A stretch of DNA of 64,000 nt from Botryllus schlosseri (GCA_051294905.1 CM119372.1:29328001-29392000), one strand, 5' to 3'. Numbered from the stretch's first letter, positions 51,901 through 62,965 are shown. Notes: generated by a model not told the origin, from the letters alone. Translations and numbers: made by a program.

Positions 51901-53375
51901 TCAACACTATGAAGTTTGATAATACGGGGATTATAGGGATCCCCATGAATGAAAATCTGAAATATAGTCCGAATATGACTCCTTTGACGAAGGAGGTTTC
52001 CAATCCCTGGAATAGTGGACATCAGTATTCAGAAAAAATGTCAACTTACGTTCCTACAGCTTCATACATCAGGTCATAAACCTCCGAGGTGACATCTGCG
52101 CTCTTTATAAACACCAAGTTTTTCCAGCCCAAGTCCTTGCATCTCTGTGTTGCCACTGCCCACATTTCATTACTTGTAGTATAGAGCCCATATAGATTAC
52201 CAGTTGTTTGACCGACCGACACGTAGAGGGGCTCCTCCGCTGTAATTCAATGGGGCATAAGAACGGCATGTTCCGCATGGTCACGTTACTTACATCGTCA
52301 GGATAGAAAATCAGTGAGCAAATATTTCCCAATAAATATATAGCCTATGGCATCATGAAAGCCTCTCTCTCTCATGAAACCTCTCTCTAACGAAGAGTTA
52401 GTTGTTCACACAAATGCGTATATCGTGTATATGTAGTAGATGTAGGAATGGAAAAGTATCTGTAAAATATGTACTGTTAGGATTTACCGGATTGACATTG
52501 AAGTCGTGACCGAGAGTAACGCCAAAAGAGCAACGCAAAAAGATTTTCAATTTGACCATATGCATATTATGACGTCATATTTTTAGATTCCAAAGTTGCG
52601 TACTTTATGACGTCATAGACACTAATATCAAGTTTATATTCGAAATGCATGGGAACACAACTCACTGTATGCATTTCGAATGTGAACTTGAATAGCCCTG
52701 ACGTCACTGATATTTAATTGTGACGTCACTGTGGATTGACATTGACAATTGAAGATACAAGGTAAAAAGGGCTCCTTCGACGAAAAGAGCTTCCGACCAC
52801 TGTCATGAACAGACCAAAAATATTTTTAACCAGGACTACATCGTTATGCAGCATTTCCACGGCCGGCGGTCATCATCATCTGAACAGCCAGTTCGTACCT
52901 ATATTTACTTGCTATAACTGATGAACCGAAGACGATTCCGAGGTTCCAGCCTTTCCATATCGTATACATCGACCAGATCAGGTGCAAATTATCTGTGGGC
53001 TCATTCTGTATGTTTTTCGAAAGTATTTACGTAATTATGACATGGTTATACAACGTTTGAAAAAAATGATATTTTAAAAAAGACATTTGTTTAAAACAGT
53101 GTTTAAAACATGTTTAAAACACCGTTTGTTTTAAATGCAAACTTAAATCTATATAGTGATAAAAGCGAAAAAAAATTGCATCAATTAGGAAAGGATTCTG
53201 GAGTCGCCCTCCGTCGGACTGGAAACCACGATAAAATGATGGTCAACATGATGGTGCAGTGGTGAGACATTTACGAGATAACACTACAATGCTAATCACC
53301 AAGAAGAAAAAAATCATGCATACCTTGGGCGATGTTGGCACCGAAAAGTAGAACTGCACTCAGTACCACTATCAT
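32572..53375 (-). CDS. Multi-exon gene for a secreted C-type lectin + immunoglobulin-domain protein (exons 53375-53324, 52239-52050, 43376-43278, 41785-41670, 35370-35083, 34126-34109+32711-32572)
   Basis: All introns are GT-AG and phases match (1,2,2,1,1). Product: MIVVLSAVLLFGANIAQA signal, CTLD with 4 Cys, QPD and WND, Ig domain, S/T/P-rich tail; ~300 aa if the MITE is removed. Confidence 0.85.
32720..34108. mobile_element. hAT MITE (GACTCGAGTCAA family) inserted in the putative last exon
   Basis: TIR CAGTATTGTGAT / ATCCCAACACTG; perfect TSD atggataa (32712-32719, 34109-34116); inverted paralog at 47215-48124. Confidence 0.9.
35083..35370 (-). CDS. Exon: immunoglobulin domain (I-set/C2-like), phase 1-1
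   Basis: cgcag|...|gtaaat; reads FPLALSNSRKDYTVGDTIEIECTGSGVSTVNVKWQR...ATLIIKSATLEDSAKYKCSAAND...FINIT with the C...W...DxAxYxC signature; absent from the ORF track. Confidence 0.9.
36878..36916 (+). repeat. (AAT)3(AAG)10 microsatellite
   Basis: Read directly; abuts the 5' end of the R4/Dong-like fragment. Confidence 0.9.
36917..38041 (+). mobile_element. 5'-truncated R4/Dong-like non-LTR retrotransposon (restriction-like endonuclease domain) followed by two extra tandem 3'UTR copies
   Basis: 36918-37244 reads NRPDIIVK...LFIELAVPAD...KHSRYADLKMECEKMW...IVPIVIGATG...LLGTVHILRKAL*; 3'UTR occurs three times, each ending in (TAA)n. Confidence 0.85.
38030..38460 (-). mobile_element. L2/CR1-group LINE 3' fragment
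   Basis: Minus strand reads YKLLMHVFKCMEGSAPAYLRELV...RALRS*...TYGVRTFSSSAAILWNNLPISIR...FKRKIKT; 3' stem TACAGCGCCC...GGCGCTCTATA and (TTA)n tail. Confidence 0.85.
41245..41383 (+). mobile_element. 5'-truncated SINE copy
   Basis: gtaagcggtgtc...ggccgcgctacaagtcgg...aaacaccatgaat matches the SINE family; preceded by (GATCCAC)n. Confidence 0.75.
41670..41785 (-). CDS. Exon: C-type lectin domain part 3
   Basis: ttgcag|...|gtgaat; (W)GPSQPDNHRKEDCAALEWPFNTWNDIDCGREQPFICFQ. Confidence 0.93.
42219..42819. mobile_element. hAT MITE (GACTCGAGTC family), intronic
   Basis: Perfect TIR CAGGGTTGTAA / TTACAACCCTG; perfect TSD ctcccaag. Confidence 0.92.
43278..43376 (-). CDS. Exon: C-type lectin domain part 2
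   Basis: tttcag|...|gtgagt; AYYWSPIIGMNDLDNEGRWLWNDGTPVSGYTN(W). Confidence 0.92.
43562..43734. mobile_element. Small (173-bp) hAT MITE
   Basis: TIR CACTGTTTCCTCTAA / TTAGAGGGGACATTG; perfect TSD cttattag. Confidence 0.8.
44085..44387. mobile_element. Charlie-like MITE
   Basis: CAGTTGTTCTCAAA / TTTGATAACCACTG ends; TSD gcctaggc/tcctaggc. Confidence 0.7.
44382..44741 (+). repeat. Tandem duplication, ~176-bp unit x2; partial third copy at ~49053-49175
   Basis: cctaggccaaggtggttgtctgatttcaa...ccagtctatccaggggtgtactggtcc occurs twice. Confidence 0.85.
45143..47191 (-). mobile_element. Charlie/Buster-type hAT element with decayed transposase fragment
   Basis: Perfect TIR CAGTGGTTCTCAACC / GGTTGAGAACCACTG; perfect TSD cgttagtt; 46847-47038(-) contains LKTIPMSNDTIRRRI, a Buster/Charlie transposase-like motif. 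Confidence 0.9.
47215..48124. mobile_element. hAT MITE, paralog of 32720-34108
   Basis: TIR CAGTGTTGGGAT / ATCCCAATACTG; approximate TSD gatagtag/gagagtag; GACTTGACTCGAG arrays. Confidence 0.8.
50158..50668. mobile_element. hAT MITE
   Basis: TIR TAGGGCTGGG / CCCAGCCTTA; perfect TSD cttttaaa; ACTCGA/TTCGA repeats. Confidence 0.82.
52050..52239 (-). CDS. Exon: C-type lectin domain part 1
   Basis: ttacag|...|gtaagt; EEPLYVSVGQTTGNLYGLYTTSNEMWAVATQRCKDLGWKNLVFIKSADVTSEVYDLMYEAVG(T), with the W-x-x-A-x-x-x-C and LVxIxS pattern. Confidence 0.88.
53324..53375 (-). CDS. Exon: start codon and signal peptide
   Basis: ATG...MIVVLSAVLLFGANIAQ G|gtatgc; phase 1 joins the next exon to give AQA-EE, a plausible cleavage site. 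Confidence 0.82.
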
Positions 53376-54761
53376 CTTTGTTTGGATTATTTATTCTGTA
53401 ACGATAAATCCAAATTGATTAATTTTGGGCAGAATGAGTTACGCTCGCTTATTTTACAGACTGAACCATCGCCTCGCCACAACACTTAAAGCAGAGACCT
53501 GGGCAAAGTGTGGCCCGCGGGCCAAATGCGGCCGCGCAACTATTCTGAGCGGCCCGCGTGCCCGTTGCTTGGAATTCAAAACATAAAACCCATTTTTGAA
53601 TATTGCTGCGTGGAATAATACCATGCATGGGCTGGATAAACCAAACTGGAACGGAATTTGGTTTACTTTGAAGCCTGTTCAGTGTTCATGAACAATGTAC
53701 ATTAATTCAGATTCAAAACAAAGTCACAAGAAGTCACTCTTTCCACATAGTTTAGTTAAAATATAGATTACCAACCTACGGAGATTAGTTATCTATAGTT
53801 CAAACGTTTTTTGTTGCCATTGTCACATTATGCATTTTTACACGGTCATCTGTGCTTCAAAGTTGTTTCATCATAGGCTACGTTTCCAAATATCTATTGC
53901 GTAAACGATTCAATCAGTGCTCTTTTTTACTGTGAGACATCATCGTCCATAAAAGATGAACATACAAGTCAAAGATAGCCGAAAGCTTACGGTATGAAGC
54001 ACTAAACGCAGGGGGGTTGGGGGTGCGGCACTAAACACATCAATTGGAGGGGAGCCGCGCTCAAAGGGTGCTCAAAATTATTTCGTAAATACCATAAATT
54101 AAAGTGTTCTTAAGATAATTACAAATTTTTATTCAAATTTTCTTCGCGCCTCGCGCGATTCATGGTGGCTAGATATCTTCATATTTATTAGGGTATTCCC
54201 CCTCATCAGTATTTCGGCGTCGACCGTTACCGCATTACGACTCACCAAGACGTTGACAATGACATGTCAGCTAACATGTGACTCAGTGAGGTGTGCTGCC
54301 ACAAATCTCGGCGGCGAGGAAACCGTGGCCAAAAGTACCGCCTGATGTTGGCCGAACCCGATATATATATGGCGATATCACCAAGCCGCAACTGTTTGGA
54401 AGGCAGCGATCAAGACAATAAGCTTCGCAATATCCCAAATACATTTTATTGTCTCAATATAAATACGTGGCTTGAAGAGAATTCAAATTGTATCATGTTT
54501 AACATTGTTTCGAATTATGACGGAAAATAAATAGATTATAGTGTTCTGTTAATTAACCGTCATTTTCATATTATCTAATATCATCGCATCTACCGATCAG
54601 CATTTATTACCAATGTAATTCACTGCTTTCAATTTAGAAATAAAATTAATACGCTGGATAATATACCTAATCATTTCGACTAGGTCCGCCAACGTATTTT
54701 CTGTTACTCATTTGGCGCGCGGAGAAAAATAATTGCTCACCCTTGCTCAGGTCATAGGTTA

Positions 54762-55515
54762 CAGTCTGGCTACACATTAGTGCGAGGCTATTGCTTTACG
54801 TGCCTTTATGCGACTTTACTGCTTGCTGACTAGTAAAGTCTCTGGAACAATACCATATTGATTATTTTCAAAAAATGAAAAACTAGAATGGTGGTTCGAA
54901 ATAATGTATAAACTGGAAGAAAAGCTATCGTTTCAACATTGTTAGAGAAGGGAGTTTCCATGATCACGGTAGCCAGGGATGTTTGAGTATAAACACGGAG
55001 GTACAGCAGTTGTACAGCGATATGGTAACTCAAGATGCTAGAGTGGATGACGAATTGTCCTGGTTGAAACGTTGTGGAGAAGCTCAGCATGCTCACCGTT
55101 TAATTCAAATGCAGATTTTGATGATGTGATGTTGCTTCACTTCATAATCGCATTATTTTTGTTCTTGGCCAAGTCTTAAGTGAGCCAGAGTCCGACTTAC
55201 TATTTGGAATCATGCCGTGTGGCAATATGGACGCTGGCATTTTTAATTGATTTATTGTCTGTCTTGAAACCCCGATATCTCTGACTATAGTCATCACATA
55301 ACCTACCTTCTCTAACAAGGTCAAGATATGAAGTTTCTCTTTCATTTTCGCCTTGATTTCGAACCATTCTAATTTTTGATTGGATTCAGAAAATAGTCAA
55401 AATTTTGTGAAAATTAGCTATATTTTGCGATATAAGACACCTTAATATTCAGTAAGCTCTAGTGCAGCAGTAAGTACGCAGAGTAATTTCTTTTAAGTAA
55501 AGTGTAGCCAGGCAG
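54762..55515. mobile_element. Tc1/mariner-like non-autonomous element with two inverted transposase 5' remnants
   Basis: TA-flanked TIRs CAGTCTGGCTACAC / GTGTAGCCAGGCAG; HTH-like MKEKLHILTLLEKVGYVMTIVRDIGVSRQTI on the - strand. Confidence 0.65.
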
Positions 55516-56721
55516 TATAGCCTAAAATCTATACTATAAGCGTGGGGGGCCCGATGCTTCTGTCGGGAACAATAGGCTACGAACTTATCCAGAGTTTAGA
55601 TGTAAGAATCATTGCCAATTGAATGTAAAGATTATTTTGCTTGTACTGTATAGTATTTGCAGATTTAAATATTGTTTTGGATTCGAGCTCTAAATCTGCA
55701 CGAAAATAAAGTTTAGTTTTCTATACGGACAGGAGAGATAGCTATGAGGGTCCAGCCTTTAATGCAGGAGCTGGCAACTTTTCCGGTCAGCGAGCCTGAT
55801 ATGGGAAAATGAAGTACTTTGCGACCCGGATTACAAAATTGATACCTTAAAGGCGCATTTATCCACCTATACAAAGAATAGGTCGTATTTAGTGTGAACT
55901 TTAAGTTTAAATCTTAGATACTAAAAACAGCATTTAATAAATTTATTAAACTACGATGTACTTCAATAGTTGTTGAAGTCAATTGGAGATCTGCGTTCGA
56001 TCAACGTTGTGGACAATTTCTTCCAACTCTGACTGCATGTCGTATGTAGAAACCTTTGATAAAGACTGCACATGAACATCAGTTATATTAGAACGAAGGC
56101 TTGTCTTGATAGTGTTCGTGCTCGAAAATGTTTGCAGGGGAAAACAGATAGTTTCATGACCATCTTTCTCCGGTTTGGAAACTTGGATTCATTCTGTCAC
56201 GGAGTGACGCATAAAATTTGTCAATACTTTCAGAGGAGAATGTCACTTTCAAGGTAAGAACTATCTACGGGCCGGCCTAAATCCAGACGCGGACCGTATG
56301 TTGCCCTTGCTCTAATGAGTCTAATCAATCGTCTTTCGTGTGACACATTCGCAGAGTTTGACAGAAGCCCAATCATATTGCAATAGTGACAAGAGGTTTC
56401 ATAATCTTATCAAACATAGTAGATATTACACAGCAAGCGGCTACAACAATTTCATTCCAAGAATGATTTTTACTACGCTGGTAAATAATATAAACGTTCT
56501 CATATTTCCAGCAACTCTAACTCGGTACCTCCCAATCGATAAGACTGGTAGCTAACGTCGATATCTGAGTTTATATAGAAGGTCGGTTATTTGTAGAGAC
56601 TATATATCATCACATTCACTATCTCTTTGCTTTGTCGCAAGTGAAAATTGACACTTTTCCATATGGTTGTTCACGTAGCTATCATAATATGTGGAGTGTA
56701 CGAATTAAAGAGCCTCTAGCC

Positions 56722-58111
56722 CAGCGGTTCTCAACCGGGGGTCCGCGTCGCAATTTCATGGGGTCCGCGAGACCTCTAAATTTTTAAAATTGTTGATGAT
56801 CCAATTTCTATTTTATTTTTCAATTTGAGAAAGCATGAGGCAGTTTCGCACCACAACTGCTAAAACCTCATGACTCATATCATCATCATCATAATCGTCT
56901 GACATGGACTATCGTAGTGTGGAAACTCATTTTCATTGCCAATTTTTCAATAACCTGCTGATATACAAACATATTGATGTTTAGAGACGTTCTGTTGGGG
57001 TTTGTGGAAAAAATAAAAATATGGAGATAGTAACGTCAATCAGGGTGACTTCGTAATGTCTGCGAAATCTTCTCCATTTGAAGTTTTAAGTCTCATCAAA
57101 TTAGTGAGCAGTCGTTTGAAATAAAAAATTCCGAAGTATTTCCATAATTTATCCCAATGCAAGGAACAGCTTCTTGGAGGTACAGAACTTTAATATACAA
57201 TTGAATAGTATATTCATATTGAAATGAACCCGAATATTTTCGGCTGACATTCGTCATGAATCGGACAATGATATACCTCTCTTAACGATCGGCTATCAGA
57301 TTTGGCTCATTCTTATTGCGGATGCCCTATCGACAAAGCTGATTTATTTTATGAACAAGGAGTGTTTCGTTGCTTTCAAAGCATTACGTTCTAATCCTGA
57401 AATTCATGTCACCAATTATATTGGTATGCAGCCTTGTCTTGTTAATGTTCAATTGTTCATGGTCGAAAATGTTTGCTCGTAAATATATATGTAAACCCGA
57501 ACAGAACAAGTCGTTTCATGATAAGTCTTTGTCTGGTTGGAAATCGTGAATCCATTCTTTGGAGCATAAAATTTGTCTCTACTTTTAGATTAGGTTTCAC
57601 TTTGACGGTAGAAACTTTCTGCGGGCCTAATGCGGCCCGCGGTCCGTATGTTTCCCGTCCCCGCGCTAGATGCTGGACGTGATATGTCCATAAATATGTG
57701 TTTCTTCATTTTGGTGCCATAAATTTTACGATCACACCAAATGTATCGTCGGAAGCGTTATGCGTTAATATTGCATTAGCTTCCATCTATCTTTGCGGAA
57801 ATGGTTTTCAGCACTCCTCGTTCATATCAAAACGAAGACGCGGATTTTCAAAACACGACCACGTACTTCAAGAAATACAGCAGCAAAATTAGCTTTGAAA
57901 TAATAGAAGTCCACCAATTTCTACATAAATAGTATGATGTTATCTTCAAGGAAAATCAATATTTTGCTGTTTATCACAAGCCTACAGTTCATATTGGCAC
58001 AAGACAGATGAAGGTTGCACCATAATAGAGATAAAATTGAACTAAAACTTGGGGGTCCGCGAGGTTCCGTGACGGTCAAAGCACGTACGCCAAAAAGGTT
58101 GAGAACCACTG
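56722..58111 (-). mobile_element. Charlie-like MITE (paralog of 284-1132) with an internal insertion
   Basis: TIR CAGCGGTTCTCAACC / GGTTGAGAACCACTG; TSD ctctagcc/atctagca. Confidence 0.78.
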
Positions 58112-59587
58112 ATCTAGCAGTATATAAATATTCGGTCGTACATAATAAAATACTCTGCGTTACTAGACCAATACGCAATCGGGGTACCGCAATACCCTGG
58201 GATTGTGATTCCTGCATTTCAGTCTACCACTATACTGGACTGATCTTCAATTCTGTATCACGTTTCTCTCTTTGGGTTAGCCTAAATTAGAATGAATGTG
58301 CACAATTCAGCCACAACTCATTCTGATTTCAATTTCCTTGTTTTTTACTCAGATTTCTATGGCATGTACTGTACAATTGCCATCTTGCCTAATACATAAT
58401 ATTTTTTAGAAAATGGTTCTCTCCTCCCTCCATATTAATATAAGCCAATGCTATCGGTTAACGGCCATGTGATTGTGTCGATAATCGGTATCGGTGTCAG
58501 CCTGTGAAAATCAATATCGGTCGATCTCCAGTAACACTACACATATCAAAAGTTCACATGGATAGTGCAGTTAAATATAAATTGCTAGCCAGAGTGAATG
58601 CCATGTCCTGGCTTAAATAAGGTTAATTGCGTATCTGTCTGCCGGCACGTAGAGCTTGTAGATAAGAAGCGCCATGTTCTCTATCGGGTACGGGAAGATA
58701 ATTCATGCCAATAAATTTACTGGATTTCAATTTGGGGTAGGCAAATAGGCAATTATGATTTCTGACCGCGATATCATTAGGAGAGGTTCTGTTTTCGTGT
58801 ACCACCCATTTTGACCCTTTGGGTGTAAATATGAATACACATTACACACTCTGTTCGCTAAGAGTGCACCATCAAGTCACATTTTCATGCCAGAATGCGC
58901 CATCGTGACGCCAGTTGGACAAATGAATCGCGTACAGCCCTTGCCCCACCATCCGATATTGTTACGAACCACCACAGGGCCTTCCATATCCGTCCACAAT
59001 CCAAAATTACCCATTTTTTTTGTACTTCGTTAAGTCGAAAGTCGTTCCTGTACCTTTGGATGTATACATTTAAATATTATTCTCACAACGACCCAACGAT
59101 ATATATAGTTGTATCACAGTCACAAACTATATTTCTAAAGTGTGTTTCGTCACTCAGGTATTGTGCTGCAAGAAAAATCGTCATGTCGAATCTGCTCATT
59201 CTGTGACTTGCGGGTTTACTAGCCTTACGGACGTCAAATTAGTGTGAAGGCGCAAACGAATATGAACCGATGTCCTTTGTTTCGCTGTTCTTGGCATCTT
59301 TGAGATGCATTTTGCAATAACAAATATGTGTCATCGTTTTTCGAATCATGTAAAATCATTAAGTACATCGCTCAGGTAGAATAAGTTCATTGTTTTACAT
59401 TTTGAGAATATGCGATTTTAGACTTCCTTGCTACTAATAGGTAGACTAGCATTTAAAACATATGTCTGTTTAAATTATTTTGTTTACTGCATGTTTTAAA
59501 CAAAAGCCTTTTAGAAAAATTTGTATTTTTTCAAGTTAAAAAATTATGCCATAATTGTGTAAATACTTTCCAAAAGACATGTTATAT

Positions 59588-60267
59588 ATATACATCGACT
59601 TTCAATTAAATAATTAAATAAAAGGGCAAAAGAAAACAGGAAACAAAAGAACATCAAGATAACCCGTTTTGGGCCCTTGTGAAACGCCTCCAGCGTGGGC
59701 GGTCGTGGGCGTCTTCGAGCGAAAGCCCGCGTTGCGCTAGCTCGGTCTCTATTGTCGAGCGCCATGTGGTTCTATTCCAGCCACCTCTGCGCCATGGCTC
59801 CGTCGGAATGTGGTTGATGATGGCGGCGGCTGGTTGATCGTCTTGATGCCGCACTAGATGACCGATTAGGCGGAAGCGTCGTTCAGCAGCCAGCAAACGG
59901 CGTGGGACCGTTTTTGTAAGTTTGCGCAGAGCATTGGTGGATATGTGCTCCGGGTGGTGGTCTGGTGGATGCCGAATGCGTAGCGGAGGAGTGCATCGTA
60001 GTTGGCGTTGAGTGTCTTAGCCAGCTTTTCTGTCAGCGTGAGTGCTTCTATTCCGTAGAGAAGAACCTGCTCGACAGTGGCATGGAAAATACGGGTCTTG
60101 AGCTGGGGTGAGGCACTTGAGTTGGAAGAGGCAATGTAGCAGTCTTGCCGCGCCTCAGGCCTTTGCTCGCCTCGCCTTCAGTGCTTTTCCAGAGTCCGCG
60201 ACGTCAATACCGAGGTATATAAAACTCTTGACATTCTTGAGCCTGACTTCTCCCAGTTGAATTGATG
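59588..60267 (-). mobile_element. 5'-truncated RTE-clade LINE fragment
   Basis: VKSFIYLG, LKTRIFHATVEQVLLYGIEA, RRFRLIGHLVR...TTW...AHDRPRWR motifs (frameshifted); 16-bp TSD aaaagacatgttatat/aaaagtcatgttgtat; inserted in a MITE. Confidence 0.85.
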
Positions 60268-60408
60268 AAAAGTCATGTTGTATGAGCCTACGGACAATTA
60301 CTACCCGACATAGCCGACGTATACGATATGGAATGATTGGAATCCTCAAAATAGTCGGTCCAACAGCTATTGTATACGTTGATATATCGTCAAGGTAGCT
60401 ATATTTAC

Positions 60409-61337
60409 TGGGGATGGGGTGAATGTGAGGTTCACGTTCGCGTTCTGTGTGTGAACCTCGGAAATTTAGAGGTTCACGTTCACAAACGAACCTTGGTAGG
60501 CTCTGCAATGTAAACCTTCTTCATATATTACAATTTTCACTTCCGTTCCTTATACCATATTTGGTTGAAATTTATTACATTTCAACTGCGGGCCACTCTG
60601 CATGGCGCTGACACCAGAAAAACTCAACACTAAACGAGCATGCACCTTGACAATCTCAAAAATTTTACCTGCTTTGTTTGCTCGAAATATCCAGATTTCA
60701 GTTTGTGAATATTTAGTGACTCTCTGCTGTGAGCTTGACCCAAAATCTCACTACATCAAGAGCGAAATGTACTACATGTAGGTATTCAGCGAATGATGCT
60801 TATTCAACCGATCAATTAAATTGATATCATTGTCTGATGTAAAAAAATCTAGCAGGCGTGTACGGGGTCAATCTTGATTTCATATGTTTATTGTATCATG
60901 AAAACCAAATCCGTGCGATTGCAGTTTACGCTACTGCTGTATAACTTGTTATAGTATTATCCAATATCTATAGCAAGTACAGAAACTCGTTTGACACTCT
61001 GCTCAATATCAACGAAGCAAATCTCAATACTTGTCGCCGAAGCGACGGAAGATATTATTTTATGGGATTAATATATCATTCGATTGCCCCAGTTGATACA
61101 TTTCGCGACGTTTAATACGTCAATGTGTACTTCAGGATCGTGGCAATATGCGGCACGAGTCGTCGCTAGGCATCGTGTATATTAATATTGACTATAACTT
61201 CACTGAAATGCAGGGTTAGAATTAGCAATATGACGTCACGTGACGTCATGAGGATCACGTTCGCGTTCACACAGAACCTTTCAAAAAGGTCCGCGTTCAC
61301 ACGAACCTGAACCTTTTAGAGGTTCACACCATCCCTA
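60409..61337. mobile_element. hAT MITE, inverted paralog of 4152-5159
   Basis: TGGGGATG / CATCCCTA ends, GTTCAC arrays, colinear internal similarity. Confidence 0.82.
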
Positions 61338-62106
61338 TTATTAATGGTGTTTTTCGACTAGAATGCTTATTTACAACTGGTCGACCTTCTTTATTATGAT
61401 GATGAGAATGAGATATACCTTATCGGAGCCTCCAACTCGAATGATTGAAATATCGTCTTTTACGACACCACACGACACCACACTTTGTATTGGCGCACCC
61501 ACTGATTGTGAAGCTGTGGACGCCCTTGCGTTACCGATCTTTCCACGTCTTTCACCGTTCCAAAGTCAACTTCGATCCACTTGCCGACTTTGTCCGTTTG
61601 ATACAGAGATGAACTTCGGTTAGGAATCTTAACTAATAGTTCTTGATTTTCTCTAGTCTAGAAATTAGCAATGGGGATGGAATTGAGATTTGAACATTGA
61701 ATTTCTAACAATGTTTCTATCTTCATGTGGATTTAATAGTGAATTGCAGTCACTACTGAAATAGGACATGGATGTGAAAGTAATTGTGAACGTGGATATG
61801 CATTCGAAATTATTATATCCGCTCATCTGTTTTATACACTTGCTGTGGTGGTCCGATAATTTTAGACATACTCTTCCATCCTGTTGGGAAATCGTGACGC
61901 CCGACACCTGACAAAGCGCCACTCATTGACATCAGTGCCGCGTCGGAACAATTCGCAAGAAGCCCATTTAAAGCCGATATCTTCGATACGCTCTTCAATT
62001 CAGGCGCCGCATTAGTCTACATTCAAGACTCTGCTGCCCAACGAAGATCGATCGACTCTGCTTGGGACTAAATCTGGTAATATCTAATTCGTTTCCATAC
62101 GTTTGA

Positions 62107-62566
62107 GTGATGTCTCTTGTGAAGTCTCCAACGGATTCCCGCAAGTCTCCAACCCTAGCACCGACTTGGAAGTCATTAGCTAAGATGACGGTCGACGATT
62201 TACGATCCGAATTACAAGATCTTGGCGAAACTACAAGTGGGAGCAAGACGGTATTAACGGGGCGATTAAGGAAAATCCGTGATTTGACCAAGCTTTCACA
62301 GAAGACCGAGCAGAAGTCCTCCTCTCCAGCTACCACTGAGAGTCCCTCTGATCTGCTCATGCTTTTCCAGATGATGAAGCATCAGCAGGATCTCGATCGT
62401 CAGCAGCAGCAATTAGATCGTGATGCTGATCGCCAGCAGCAGCAATTAGATCGGGAAGCTGCCAATCGCAAGTTTCAGTTGCAGCTCGAAGAGCTCAGGC
62501 AGAGACAGGTGCTGGATCGTGAGGAAGCCGAAAGAATACAGTCGCAAGTTCGTGATGAAAGCGAAA
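62107..62566 (+). pseudogene. Truncated retroelement gag-like ORF with N-terminal SAP-like domain and Q/E/R coiled coil
   Basis: MTVDDLRSELQDLGETTSGSKTVLTGRL fits the SAP motif; lies 160 bp downstream of an LTR 3' end (61900-61950); beyond 62566 the ORF reads into an antisense LTR. Confidence 0.65.
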
Positions 62567-62965
62567 GACGCGGCACTGAAATCAATGAGTGGCGCTTTAC
62601 CAGGTGTCGGGATCCTGTCTGCTGCACACTAAATCTGGCAATGGGTACTAGCAAGCGTTGTGTATCTCAAATCTCTTCTGTTTCAAATACAAGCAGTCCA
62701 GAACATACAATACGGAATAGCTTGTTCAGAATATAGTTAAATGGCGAGTTTCACAAGATTGCTTGCTCGTCCGATATAGAAGTCGATTGGCGAGAAATGA
62801 AACAGGAACCGTGAGACATGAAGAAAACCGAGAACGGACGCCGCGACAATTAAATTAACCAATCAAATTAAACAACAATCAATCGATTAGACGTAAAGAC
62901 CGACGTGAAAACCGACTAGCCGCGAAATGCTTGTCGCCGAAATATCCGATTCCCGCGTCGCAATA
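62567..62965 (-). repeat. 3' LTR of the BEL/Pao element (last ~6 bp missing)
   Basis: Follows PPT AAGGGGGGGAGGA (62966-62978, -); starts TATTGCGACGCGG, nearly complementary to the LTR end CCGCGTCGGAACA seen at 61938-61950. Confidence 0.75.

Noticed and set aside
62567..62736. C-terminal part of the 209-aa ORF as real protein
   Set aside because: It is antisense LTR sequence read through after the junction
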